This document shows positions 52,201 through 64,000 of a stretch of DNA of 64,000 nucleotides, one piece after another; position 1 is the stretch's first letter, and the number at the start of each line of letters is the position of its first letter. The notes below the pieces were generated by a model. The model made no database searches and was not told the origin of the DNA. It saw nothing but the letters and a program-made list of their open reading frames with translations. The translations under genes were made by a program, and so were the position numbers. This DNA comes from Phoronis australis (Eukaryota > Animalia > Phoronida), in the NCBI GenBank assembly GCA_002633005.1, contig NMRA01000169.1:413387-477386 (forward strand), in the 5' to 3' direction.

Positions 52201-53105
52201 CCGGTAACAACTGACCCTAATCTAACTTTTTTCAAGAAATCCAGACTGTTCGATAAATTGCAGTTCTAGTGCAGGGCATATCAATGTATGTTTGCCATTT
52301 TTTTATTGCCACAAAGTCATCGGTGAGGCCATATTCGATCTGCTCCACACACAAGGACTTTAAATCAGTATCCCTGATAAACAGGCTCCTTCGAGAAGGC
52401 GGCTCTTGTACAAAGTAGGCCTACCGTAAAACCAGCCGAGTTTCAATGTCTGGTGACGAATTGAAACTTGCGGACCCGGGATGATAAACGTGAGGATGAT
52501 GGTGATTGTTGTAGACAATGACGTGACACCAGCACTGAGTTCTGATCGGGTTCGTGCATGTGGCCATTGCAACGGAAACAGCAATGGTATTTTGCATTTG
52601 GATATTGATTTTAAGGGTTATGGTTTGGTTTAATCTTTTTGGGTAGTTTAAATGCAGCCCAATGGTAAAACGACAAAACCTGCCTAGTAACTTAGTTTTT
52701 AACTATAACAATCCAATTGGCTTTCATAGCCCGACACAACCCTTCACCCGACACTTTGACAACACGTGAAGGTTTACCAGTCGAAACGTATCGATACTTT
52801 AATTGAGTCTCGAGTAAATTTGCAGTTCTCAGTCAGTACCAGCACACATTGGTCTCATAAATCATGTTTATTTGGGATGCGCGTAGTTGAGATCTAGGAA
52901 ATCTTGCAAACATGTGTCTCACTTGATTACTTGGAGTGAAGAAATAATTTCAAATTTCGATGTGTATCTTTAGCGGTGACCTTCGACCTACCTTGTAGCA
53001 GACGGTGTGGTCACAGGCGAGTCTCATTGGCGTGTCATCTCTCCGTTTGTTGAAGTACGCCCTCTTACAGCACGGGCAGCACGCACAGGCTACATCAGTT
53101 GACAT
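40258..53105 (-). CDS. RING finger (C3HC4) + atypical TIF1-like bromodomain protein (~1181 aa); exons 53105-52992, 47932-47792, 47217-44386, 44159-44082, 42967-42824, 40810-40714, 40397-40258
   Basis: Exons 1+2 splice to MSTDVACACCPCCKRAYFNKRRDDTPMRLACDHTVCYK|CLVMAWNTSKYVENHLVECPVC (RING). A 2832-nt exon corresponds to the 958-aa ORF. The bromodomain follows: ECRQIVNAVHNHVQADIFRFPIKRDQ|LPDYYSIVKFPISLQEIAYKLTNRHYASLREFVSNMKRMFNNMRHYCT|VSKYWNDIEACSNVEKYFEWTLKDTFPNEDF. The last exon ends PREIRNLLG-TAG. All junctions are GT-AG and phase compatible (3546 nt). Confidence 0.85.
41328..41659. mobile_element. Degenerate MITE
   Basis: Inverted ends TAGCTGCCAAAA / TTTTGGCAGCTTA; no clear TSD. Confidence 0.4.
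48120..49927 (+). mobile_element. 5'-truncated, decayed non-LTR retrotransposon (CR1/L2/Crack group) reverse transcriptase, antisense in intron 1 of the RING-bromodomain gene
   Basis: RT motifs across frameshifts and stops: IDAKLLKLA...WKMAVVTPVFK...YKPISVLP, GVVFVDLKKAFDTMDHGILLKKL, GVHQGSTLGPLLF, LYADDTA, FKYLGLILD, NGLAPAYL. The 3' end is a (AAATA/TAAA)n tail at ~49904-49927. Confidence 0.9.
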
Positions 53106-53700
53106 TTTACGCAGAGCAGAACTAAAACAAATTGAATTCGTAATTATTCGCGACTATATGCACTTCTTATGACATTGTTTATGAGCTTGCTATGATGCAC
53201 TAGCTCCAACTAAGTACCCTGTATCAGCTTGTGCAGTCTTTATAAGCCGCAATACCTAATACGCTTGCGTGCCTGGATTTGAGTTACCATACCGCGAATA
53301 GTCGTCCAAATTTGCTTATAGCGAATTGAATAAGTCAGTTAAACCCCTTCGTAAAGTTTAAAATGTTGTTTTTGACAGGTATTCGATAGAATATGCATTA
53401 AACGAACAGGCATGTAGCTATGTAAAAAATAGTATAGTCTACTTACAAATCTAACCTTTTGTTTTATGCAGATGGCTTTCTAAGCTTCGTCACGTTGGAT
53501 TTATCTAACTGGAAATTATTTAGCGTTCGCTTTCACGTGAAACCAAATCACGCACCGAATCCCAATTCACAACGTTTCGTAAACACTATACCTAAAAACT
53601 ACATACGCACGCGACCCATCAAAACGTGCGCTTCTATTGTCTATATCTCATTTTTGTTTGTAACTAAAAATGAAGTAAAACTAACGATGAAATAGGAGAG

Positions 53701-53800
53701 GGGCAGAGTGTCCTAGTGTGATGGTGCCCGCCTTCTTTACTCCAGGTCGTGGGTTCGAGTCCCACTGGGCCACAATGCTAGACCCTTGAGTCAGGTTTCT
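53701..53800 (+). mobile_element. tRNA-derived SINE head (fragment)
   Basis: GGGCAGAGTGTCCTAGTG... followed by a perfect B box GGTTCGAGTCCC at ~53752-53763 and ...CCCTTGAG. No complete cloverleaf is evident. Confidence 0.6.
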
Positions 53801-54399
53801 AGCTCCTACAACGCGTACCAGACCGCCAGCAATTCAAAAAACGATGAAATAGGAGTCACTAATCTTGGATCGGATTCATTTACCGTCATAAACGAAGCAA
53901 AGAATCTTTTGACTCGCCCACGGCTTTTAGCGGAAAAAAGCACATCTACTGAAACAAGTAACCGATATAGAAGATTGTGGTTATACTTTTAATGGCAAAT
54001 CATTATTTTACCGAGACCTTTACAATGCAGGGCTTATCTTTTGTGATGATTTTTAGATTGTCAATACAAAATTCTTGAATGTGAAAATAGAAAGAAAAAT
54101 TATGGCTTTCAGGATGCTTCTCCCAAAATCTCCTTTTATCCGGTTACGACAACTTTCATAGGAAAGTTGTTGGTGGGGTTAATAGAAGGTTAGCCAGCCA
54201 CCTAGCTGTATGAAGACTATCGTCAAAATACATTTAGTATACGGCTTTGTACCAAGGCTAATAGAAGGTTTGTTACTTTTAACAACTTAAGAATCTTTAG
54301 ATATTTATTTATCAATATATCCAATCCATGGGTTTAAAACGTGTTTATACACAAGCTTTCTGTAAAACCAGATAATTGTATTCTTTATCAAATACTGCA

Positions 54400-54760
54400 C
54401 AGAAGACAAAATTTAAGAAATATACAATCTTCCTTTCACTCTGTTCGCAAATCCTCATTTGAAAACGTTTAATAATCAATAAATATTTTTTCATCAAAAA
54501 GAGAATCCATATTAACAAGATGTTAAAAATTTTGGTATTTCACAAACCGACCAATGTCACTATTGTGGCTAGGTTCAGTCTCTTCAGTATATGTTTCACA
54601 GCTGCTTCTGTGTTAAACGTTTCTGGGATTCCATAAATAAAGTTTCCAACTTGCGTATTGAACTGTCTGTATATCAGTTTTAATTTGCTTCTTTGACAAA
54701 CAAAATGAAGTCTTTAATGTCATATATACTCATGTTCAATACTATATCATAGTTTCATAG
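54400..54760 (+). mobile_element. Highly decayed L1/Tx1-like LINE ORF2 C-terminal zinc-finger (zf-RVT) relic
   Basis: Frameshifted translation resembles zf-RVT: ...RIHINKMLK/FGISQTDQCHYCG*VQSLQYMFHSCFCVKRFWDSI. Boundaries are approximate. Confidence 0.6.
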
Positions 54761-55174
54761 AGATATGTGGATCAACCATGTCAAAACTAATAATTTTTGA
54801 GACAGTGAACGTTTTTGTACTTGACACCCCGGATAAAACTTCTTCATCTTATTGTAATGAAATTGCCTTTTTCGTTTACATAAGCCTATGTGAATGTAAA
54901 TTTATTCGAGCGAGTATTGTGTGTGAATGAGTGTATGAAGTCCTTCTCAGTCACCCTTCCTCTCCCCTCTTTTATAGTAATCTCAGGTTAATTTACGCCC
55001 AATCACTATGAGTTCCTTATTTATTCAGTATGACGTATTGTTATTCATAATGTAAAGATATCAGTCAATAATGATATCAGTCAATAATGATAATGATTTC
55101 TGGGTAAGTAAATGTATTAACTTTAAAAATGTGCACTTTAAAAATGTAATGGGGAAAGCAGGCACAAAATACGA

Positions 55175-55256
55175 TCGTAATATTTATTGAAAGTCTAGAG
55201 ACAAATAATCCATGTCGTAATATTTACTGAAAGTCTAGAGACAAATAATCCATGTC
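55175..55256. repeat. 40-bp tandem duplication
   Basis: TCGTAATATTTAYTGAAAGTCTAGAGACAAATAATCCATG x2. Confidence 0.85.
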
Positions 55257-56867
55257 CATTAACTTGACATAGTGTGAGGAGTCAAAATGTAGCAAAACTG
55301 GAAGCACAAACTACCAATTTTGTACATGTGGTTGTATTTAATTGAAAGTCTGGAGAAGAAAAATGCTGTTCTCTATCTTGATGAGCTATGAAAGCCAAAA
55401 CGCTAGCACAACCGGGGCCATAAATGTCAGTCGCAGAAATTTTGAAACAAAATCAAAGAGACTCTAGTTATAAAATGCAGAATTTTGGGGGTACATCTAT
55501 GAAATCTGGAACAAAACCTACCGTAAATGTTTGTTGAGGTTCTAAACACAAAAAATAAGTATTCATTAACTTCGTTGTCCATGAGAGACACAAAATTATG
55601 ATAATAACAGGTCCACAAATTACAGCCGCAGGCAATTTGATACAAATTCAAAGTAAAATCACTTTCAAAATGTACAATTTTCTGCTTACAGCTATGAATC
55701 CTGGCTCAAAATATGTGGTTAAAGTTTACTGAAAATCTAGGCCTACTCGGAGATGTTGAATGTTCTTCAACTTTAGAAGTTGTGGGAGTCAAAAAGCTAC
55801 TATGAAACCGTGGTTCGGGAACGCAAATGACAATTGCGGAAATTGTGATGAAACCAAAGTGAAACCGTTTACAACATGTTGGGTGTACATCCATGAAAAC
55901 TGCTACCAAACTAACTATTGATGTTTATTATAAGGCCAAAGACAAAAAAAAATTTTTTTTCTTGAACCTTAGTAGTATGAGAGCCACGTAGGCGAAAGCG
56001 ACAAAGAGCAATCGCAGAGAAATTTAATACTAATCAACGCGAAAGCTCTTCCCTCCAAAATATGCGCGCTCCCTGGGGGGGAGCTCGGGGGGCTCGAGCA
56101 AAAAGGTCCGCTTCAGAGGATCAAAACCTCCGAAAAAAATAAGGAACGAGACAAATTCCTCCAAAATTCGGCGAATGCACAATTCATAGCTCTGAACGTA
56201 CCGGTGAATATTAGTAAAAGGATCCACAATCACAAATATTCGAGCCCCCCCCCTCCCACCCCCCCCCCACAGATCTGATGGGGTCCATAAGCTACCATGG
56301 GGTCATGTTTTGGCATGTAAACTTGGAATTAAAGAATAAGTAAAGCAAAAATTTTCCTGTCCGAATAGCTGATTCCAAGCTTAGGGCTGCGAAATTTTTT
56401 CATGCCACATAGTCACCCCAACCAGGTGTCAAGTCTTGTTTGTAATTATTGGCACAACATCATCCATTTTATCATTTACCGAAACATGTGTCACAGAATG
56501 GGAGGAATATGTTAATGGTTAAGGAATTATAATTTGGTGAATAAGATCGCCACTAGTCAGAGTTCAAAAATCCAATGAAGCTTGGTTAAAAATTAAATTA
56601 TTTTATTATCATGTAGGCCTAATTTGCTTTAGTGCAGTGCCAATTTTTATCAGCGTGAACTCTATTTTTGACTCTTCGAGCTGCAGACCACATGTTTAAG
56701 TGAACTTGCCAAGTTTCCTTGGCTAATCCTAGTTCACACATTTCGAGATCACCACTTTCCTCCGAGGCGACTCGCGACAAAGTTCAAGCACGGTTTTTTA
56801 TCCGATAGATGTCGCACTTCTGTGATTTACTCTTTTGAACTGGTAACCACGAAAAACAATAAGCAAT

Positions 56868-59800
56868 ATGGCGACCTTGGACGTGGAAGATGAAAACATT
56901 CTTGCAACGATTTTCAAGGACTCCTTTCCTGGTAGGTTTTGTTAATCACAAGCTTGCTGGCCGGAGTTTATGTACTCGCAAAGCTCTGTCAATACAAGGT
57001 CATTGCAAATGTCGACCGTTGTCAGGTGTTGTTTTACGATGTAGTAATAGCCGAGATAACCCGACCCGGGGATCGAACCAGCGACCCCCATAAAACCGGC
57101 TAGCGTGCTAACCATTCAGCTAATAGGCAATTGCCCGTTAGCGAGTAGCTAACAGAGGCTCGTATAATTCACCGGAAGCACATCTACAACAACGACTTGT
57201 TTACAAGCACAGCCGCAGCCGAGTACCAACTACTAACTAGGCAACACATAGCCCCTCGGTTGGCCGGTTAGGGGCTACAATATTTCCCGTCGCTTTCTGT
57301 ACGAATTTCGTCCTGATTATTTTAAAAGTGCGGTAGGACAATTCGGCCACCGATTGAGAGTTTTCACCTCGTCAAAAATACACTTAAAACCATGACTTAA
57401 AAAAGCGCTTACTTTTGTAGTAATAGCCGAGTTCACCCGACTCGGGAATCAAACCAGCAACCCCCATAAAACCGGCAAGCGTGCTAACCATTCAGCTAAT
57501 AGGCAATTGCCCGTTAGCGAGTAGCTAACAGAGGCTCATATAATTCACCGGAAGCACATCTACAACACTTTCTTCAGTGGTGTTTTCTACTTCTACACAT
57601 ATCTTTGATGAAGTTTAGTTACGAGAATTAAGGTGACTTTAGCGAAGAATTCCCACACCACTATTTGGTCATCGTTAACTTTTTCACCATCCGCACGATA
57701 ACCGCAAAGTAATTTTCGACTGAGTCACGTGAGTTAGGCAAAGGCCAGCGCGAGACTGAGCGAAGCGCATGACGCTGGCGCGTGAAACGCAATGTAGCAT
57801 GGCAAGGTATCAGGTGGAATTTGTAAGATTTGGGTCATTGGACTTTTTATTCGTCAACATGCGTGATTTCATGTACAACTTCCTCAAAATGGCACCCGGT
57901 AAGAGAAACGCGCGCAAACCACGACAGACTTTCATCGATTTGTTCAAATTATCGTGATTGAATCGTCTCCAGACTTATGGTATGTGTTAATTATGACTGT
58001 GTATATATGCATGTTTCATTTGATTTTGTTTCCTGTATTTTGAAATTCGTAACTGTTTGTGGGGATGTAATTGCCTAAGTATCAACCAGCAGAAGCAAGT
58101 TCTCATTGGGCTGGGCATATCTTACGCTAATAGGATTTGCACGCAAATGGACAAGAAAGTGTGCACTGTTTACCCCCAGAGTGTCCATGAAAATCCTCAG
58201 TACATCAAAGGCTTGATGGCGCCGTCACCGATTGAAATGAGCTAGTTGGAGACACAGGCGTCCTTCTGATCGTCCCCAATACACTATATATAATACTACA
58301 AGGTATGACCTTCGGGACAAGGAATTCCACGGGTGCTTCACTTCAGCCATCCATATCAAACACAAAACAGGGTTTCAACAAAGCATTAGCAATTGTTCTT
58401 TCTTCTAATACCATTCATGGTGTCCTGCTCCAGCAAGTTCGCAAAAAATTCACAGTCAGAGCACAAAAGTGTTTCCAAAAAGCCCATGCGTATTTCCTCC
58501 TTTGATGGTTCAAGGTCAAGGACTGTACGAAATTATCCGATGAGTTATAGATGGCGGCAATTGCCGGCTCATCACTTAAGGTTACAAAATCGTCAGGGTA
58601 AGTGTGGAGTTATTGATGTTGTGACTTTCTGTGACTTGATACATATTTGATGGATTTAAGATAGTTGATTTTCAGTTCTTAATTGAAATCCAAGAATTTT
58701 GCAACGTTGAATGTTCCTCCATATTGTTGCACACAAAGTTATATTTTGGTCTTGACTGGTGTTCCCTAGTTTATTGTGATTTTTTTCTTGCAGCCAACTG
58801 GCAGGATAATGCGGACTTTGCCGAATACCTGGCCCAACTTAGCTCTTTTGGACTGGACAAGCTGAGTGAGTTGATAAATGAAATCAGTTTTTTAATTTTT
58901 TTCAGCAAAATATCAGGAACTTCAACTAACAACACAAGTCAGCAGGAAAAATGGAAAAACTATTCACTCTACATTCACTTTTCCCAGCTCTGTGTGACTT
59001 AAATTTACAGTCTCTATCAAGCTATGTCTGGGAATGAGCCTCTTACTTTCATATTTTTCGTATCTTGACAACACCAATGACCTTTTTAAATTTCCCAAGC
59101 ACAAGAGCTGCAGGTGGCCTTGGAACAAGTATAAATAAAGTGTGCTAAGGGTTAATGTGTGATGCATTTCATAAAAATAATCTCAAAAGTATGCAAATAA
59201 CCTTGCATTTTTCTCAACTAATAAAAGATTAGTCCTTACTATGTTTAAGAGCCATGTTTGTATTTTGTAGCGGGGTATCGCTAACTTTCATTCACCTTAC
59301 AAGCAAACTCAAAGACAAATTTATGTCTTGTTTTGCCAATGTGCTACAGTCTAGACCAATGGTTTCAATAATTGTTGTTCATGCCAATTACAAAGTGAAT
59401 TCAAACTTGAAAATGTAATAACATATGTCATGTGACCAAATTTTGTCAACAACCAAGAAGTCAACTGTTGTCTGGTACTTTTGTTGTCGATATTGTATCG
59501 GTATTTTTATGTCAACATTCATATCTACCAATGCTGTTGTGCAGTAGTTTTCAAAACACGTTGACGACAGTTCTTGTCATCAGAGAATTAATATTTCGCT
59601 TGCTTGCAACTTGAAATTCTACAAAACCCAAGTCTGTACTATAAGTAAGTTCTAGGCAAATGTCTGTTAACTGCAATTGTTTTAGAAAAGTGCAACCAGG
59701 AGAGTTTGATGTTAAACACACTCTTTCCTTTACCATCATAAATTAAGAACACACGATGAGTTTTGTCATTAGAAAGATATCGTTAAAATGTAAAAATTTT

Positions 59801-62800
59801 GATAACTTTCAACTCTGTTTGTGTTTGTCGTATTTTGCTATTACACTTTTTAAAAAGTGAGCGTGTTTCCACGGAAACCTCATTACATACAGTGGCAGTT
59901 GAGTGAGTACCCAGAATGCATGAGTCAGCTGTCACTCACTGTGTCAACCATTTTCGGTGGTGCTGCATCATCAAAAATTAAGATATAAGAGATTCATAGT
60001 TAGGTTTGAAAATGTTTGGAGTTGCATTGAATGAGCATTTATTGAGCTATAGTTTCAACTAACAAAAATTACGGTACAATATGTTTGGTGAAGTTTTTAA
60101 CGAAAATGAAACAGAGAGAGCATCTTTAAAGCCGTTGGACTTGCACTTTTAAGTCTAATCTATTATAATCTTGTGTTCTACCAGGTCGCGAGCCAGATCG
60201 TCTAGCTGAAGAAAGATCTCAAATTCTTGAGCAGACCCAGGAACTGGCTTTTGACAACTACAAAACATTTATACAGACGGCCGAGTGTTCACGTGACATC
60301 TATGAAGATGTAAGTGGTATTGCCCTCCAGCATAAATTGGGCAAGCTCCATTTTATGCACTGCGAGAGTCATTCTGTTCAAGAAGCAAACTTTGTTTTAG
60401 CCCTTTCATCATTAAAAAATTGGTCTTGACTTTTTCATTGCTTAGATTATGGTTATGTAGGACCCTGTCGACAACTCTGTGTACTTAGCTAAATACCTGC
60501 AAAACTTTAGATTTTAACTCCATGAAAGTAAATATTCTCTAAAAGCAGAAGGCCTTTGTAGTTTGCTTTTTGAATTTTGTCAATCTGTCATTAATTGGGT
60601 CACATGACCTTGTCTTTTTAGTAAGTTTTAGCAAGATTGGAACATGGGGAATTTCGGAGTTCGTCACATTTTTTCAAATACCGTACCCTGCATTTTGTAT
60701 CAACAGGGTTAGTAGGTAAAATTGTCAAAAATAGCCGCTAACGCAACATTTTTTGAGTCCACGTAGTGTGTAACATCGAGGTGATTGATCGTTAATCAGG
60801 ACCAGTATTGAACATTTCTAAAATTTGGTACAAGGTCCTACTTTGAGCAAAATAATTAATTTTTTCACTGTCCCAAACTGGTGAAATTTTACTTCATGTA
60901 TAAGCTCAATGCATTACGCAATTGGGGTTTATACTTGAATGTATATAGAAGTTAGTCAGCTTGTGTCTACATTGGTTGACACATCTTTTTGTCACACTGT
61001 TACTTGTTTTCAGTTTCAGATCATCGAGAAGCATGTTGGGGATATGTTAGACAAACTGCCACAGTTTGCCGAGGAATGCGGTCACTTCATGAAGTCAGCC
61101 CAAGATATCAGCAGCAGGTACACACTGTCTAATGGCTTGCAGGTTATCACTACAGTGGTAAAGCCTGATCTCTGCTTGTGAAGAGGTCAAGAATGGAAAA
61201 TTGAATGAAAATGCAAAATGCTGTTAATCTCATTTAGAATGGAAAATTGCATAAGATGAGTAAAAGATTCATTCTGAGAGTCATATCCAGTGTTCATACA
61301 TTGAATTATGTCTGCCAATAATCGTCATGTGCTAAGATTGCTATATGTGTAGTTTTTGTGGCAAAAACAACGCAAGGAAATGAATATATCTTGGAACTCC
61401 AGTCTCAAAACTCATGGCCAAGGTAAGTGATGTGTATCCCATGTCAGTGACTCATGTTTTTGGTGTGTGTCTAATGTTAAAAGGTAAGTGTGAGATGACT
61501 GAGGTGCGCTCCTCCTGCTTCTTCACCAGGCTTGACATATGTTTTATCCTTTCAGTCGCAAGACTAACACACTGACCCTACAGCGACACACTCAACTGCT
61601 GGAAATCCTGGAGATACCACAGCTGATGGACACGTGTGTGCGCAACGGCTACTATGATGAGGCCTTGGAGTTGTCCGCCCATGTCAAGAGAATCGAGAAG
61701 AAGCACTCAGCCATCCCTGTAGTACAAGTGAGCACACAATAGTGCTGTGGCACTGCTATTCTCCACAACATAGTCCGTTTCATGAAAAGTGATTTTTAAG
61801 AATTAAAAGACTTCAGACAAAAATTTTATTTTACTCTTCCACTTCACAATTTTTTAATCAAGTTTAGCTATGTATTTTTAGCACATTACAACCTTGATAT
61901 AATTTGTACAAGTTCTTGTGTATCTTCTGGTTAGCTGCAGTCAAATGCTTAAAACCAATTTTTGTCCATTCAGGTATGATGCAGAAGCGATGCACATCTC
62001 CTCTGCACGGTACAAGCCCTCAAACCTGAAAACAAAAGGTCATGTGAAAACAGACATGATAGATTTCCATTTCAACATGTAATAGATTTCCGGAATACAT
62101 ATGATACAGAGTAAACAAATAGTGTAATGGATATTTGTCACATACCCTTTGCCATTGGGCTTGGATTGTAATCTCAACTCACTAACCAATATCAAGTTGA
62201 CAGCATAAACAGTCTGCATTGATTGATGTAACTGTCACTGATAAACCTGTTAGAAATCATTCCAAACAATGATAATGCTTTGATGTACGAAAAGATCCTG
62301 AGTGCTACATGGAGTATCATAACACACATCACAACAAACAAAGATTAACCTGACTGGCGACTGCCGTGAAGTCGACATCGGCGAGTAGCTCAGTTAACAG
62401 GCATCAGTGGAATAAACATGGAATAATCATTACAATAATCACAAACCTTACCTTTGTATAAGGTCGTGCTTACTTTCTCTCATAGAAGCACCCTTTTCAT
62501 GCAATATCAGATTCAGTTGGCACAGCTGCAAGCCATTTCACCATGTATTTAAAGGTCTTGCGAAATCAAGGCTGCTTAATGTATCACCACTAGTACACGC
62601 GCGCCCTCTAGTTATTGTAAATTTTCCGAATAGCCCCATTAACCAGTTTCAATTTCTAATTAATGGTAATCTCTTTTTGGGGTCCTCTTGCATTAAGTGT
62701 TAGTTTTAATGCCTGTTTACAGGGAATTGTGTCAGAGGTCAGGAGGTCATGTCAGCTGATGTTGAATCAATTGCTGCAACAGTTGAGAACCAATCTGCAG

Positions 62801-63851
62801 CTGCCGGCCTGCTTGCGTGTGATTGGGTACTTACGACGAATGGACGTTTTCACCGAAGTGCAGCTGAGGATAAAGTTTTTGCAAGTGAGATTGAAATTTT
62901 GCAGTACCTGATTTTATTACTCTTGGACATTGAGGTATCAATCAGTCTGTCATTTACACTCTGAATTATTTTTCTTCGCCTCTCTAGCGGTAACCTGCTT
63001 CACCATGCACAGAGTCTTAAAAGCACAAAAACTTGTTCAAAACACCCAAATTTTGGATTAGGGCACTTGATGTTACCACGGAATTCATATCCACTTTTTC
63101 ATTTGCTGGTTTATTGACAATATCGCAGCTTTGAAAGAGCTGAGAATATCATCAACACAATGTTCTTGTGATTGATTGTCCCAGTTAGCCAGCGCACTAG
63201 CTTGAGACAGTCAAAATGCCTAAGCTATGAGTAAGTCTTTGTTCAGCGGAGTACAAACAATTTCACACCCTGTTACATTAAGCTGATGCTTATCAAATCA
63301 CAGTGTTACTTTTTACTGTTTCGCCCTCTTGATGGACTAGTTAAATCAGTGGAAACAAAGTGTCCAGTTGAGAGTTCCTGAAATCCCTAGGATTACATCA
63401 TGGTGGTTTTGTGTTATGTTTTTTGGGTACAACTGAACTCAGTCAATTAACCAGCCTAGGTGATGGTATGTATGCTACACATACAGTGTGGTTGTAACAG
63501 AGTCATGAGTATGCTAGTTCCCTGCCTGATCAATAGGTGGCATTAGAGCTTTAGGCTGTTGTGGCATTAATAAGTGTGGAAATTTGCATTCACAAATATA
63601 TTGTCGTAGGATTGGCGACTGTATCGGTCTTTTTATGTAGCGCTTATCAAGTAAGTGAAAATACGACTTTGTCTTCCCATTGAAATCAGCCATGACTCAT
63701 CTGGGTAATGTAGTATTTTGATATCAGACTGTTCTTTATTTGGTACTATTCATCCTATTTCTCAGTTGCTTCTTGTGAGACCTTGTTTTTGTTTTCCAGG
63801 CTAGAGACACATGGTTTCAAGGGATACTGTCTGCGATTCCTAGTAATGATG
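56868..63851 (+). CDS. COG8: Conserved oligomeric Golgi complex subunit 8, 3'-partial; exons 56868-56931, 58794-58865, 60185-60309, 61014-61117, 61556-61727, 62723-62884, 63800-63851
   Basis: Spliced translation [81 protein letters not shown]...[29 protein letters not shown]...[44 protein letters not shown] matches the COG8/Dor1 N-terminal half. Splice sites are canonical and in phase; the gene continues past the window end. Confidence 0.96.
57040..57191 (-). mobile_element. 152-bp solo-LTR-like element with internal tRNA-like Pol III promoter (copy 1)
   Basis: TGT...ACA termini, flanked by ACGA on both sides (57036-57039 / 57192-57195). The minus strand has A box TAGCTGAATGG and B box GGTTCGATCCC. 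Confidence 0.8.
57416..57567 (-). mobile_element. 152-bp solo-LTR-like element with internal tRNA-like Pol III promoter (copy 2)
   Basis: About 8 substitutions relative to copy 1, same TGT...ACA ends, flanked by CTTT on both sides (57412-57415 / 57568-57571). Confidence 0.8.
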
Positions 63852-64000
63852 GTAGGTGAACATGTTGAGGGGCTCACACTTGTGGCTGCTGTTTGTAAAT
63901 GTATCACCTTAACTAACTTGTACAAATTATCAGAGGGTGGAAACAATTCCATGGATGTGCCTCGTAATTCTAGCTGAGATCCTGTAAACCCTATATCGCA

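Noticed and set aside
53701-53772. Functional tRNA gene
   Set aside because: Only the T-arm/B box is good; the D and anticodon arms do not pair and the downstream sequence is SINE-like.
57040-57567. A single two-LTR TRIM element, or a pair of real tRNA genes
   Set aside because: The outer flanks differ (ACGA vs CTTT) while each copy has its own TSD, no PBS/PPT is evident between them, and the tRNA-like part has no convincing anticodon arm or acceptor stem.

Overview
This is intron-rich, AT-rich animal DNA, probably from an invertebrate. Most of the ORF track is noise, so genes were rebuilt by hand from GT-AG exons. Four genes are supported. (1) A 5'-incomplete PLP-dependent aromatic L-amino-acid decarboxylase (DDC/TDC family; + strand; 10 exons; 4149-15232) with unusual substrate-pocket residues. 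(2) A complete NCS-1/frequenin-like neuronal calcium sensor (- strand; 8 exons; 19798-35841; 205 aa) with a degenerate EF4 and an MGGC dual-acylation N-terminus. (3) A complete ~1181-aa protein (- strand; 7 exons; 40258-53105) joining an N-terminal C3HC4 RING to a C-terminal TIF1-like bromodomain that lacks the acetyl-lysine Asn, with no recognisable B-box or PHD. (4) The 5' part of COG8 (+ strand; from 56868). Repeats include a decayed CR1/L2-group LINE, an L1/Tx1-like zf-RVT relic, several MITEs with TSDs, a tRNA-SINE, minisatellites, and two 152-bp TGT...ACA tRNA-containing solo-LTR-like inserts, each with its own 4-bp TSD, in COG8 intron 1. Three duplications flanking single-N gaps look like assembly or haplotype artefacts. 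No database searches were run; family assignments come from motif recognition.
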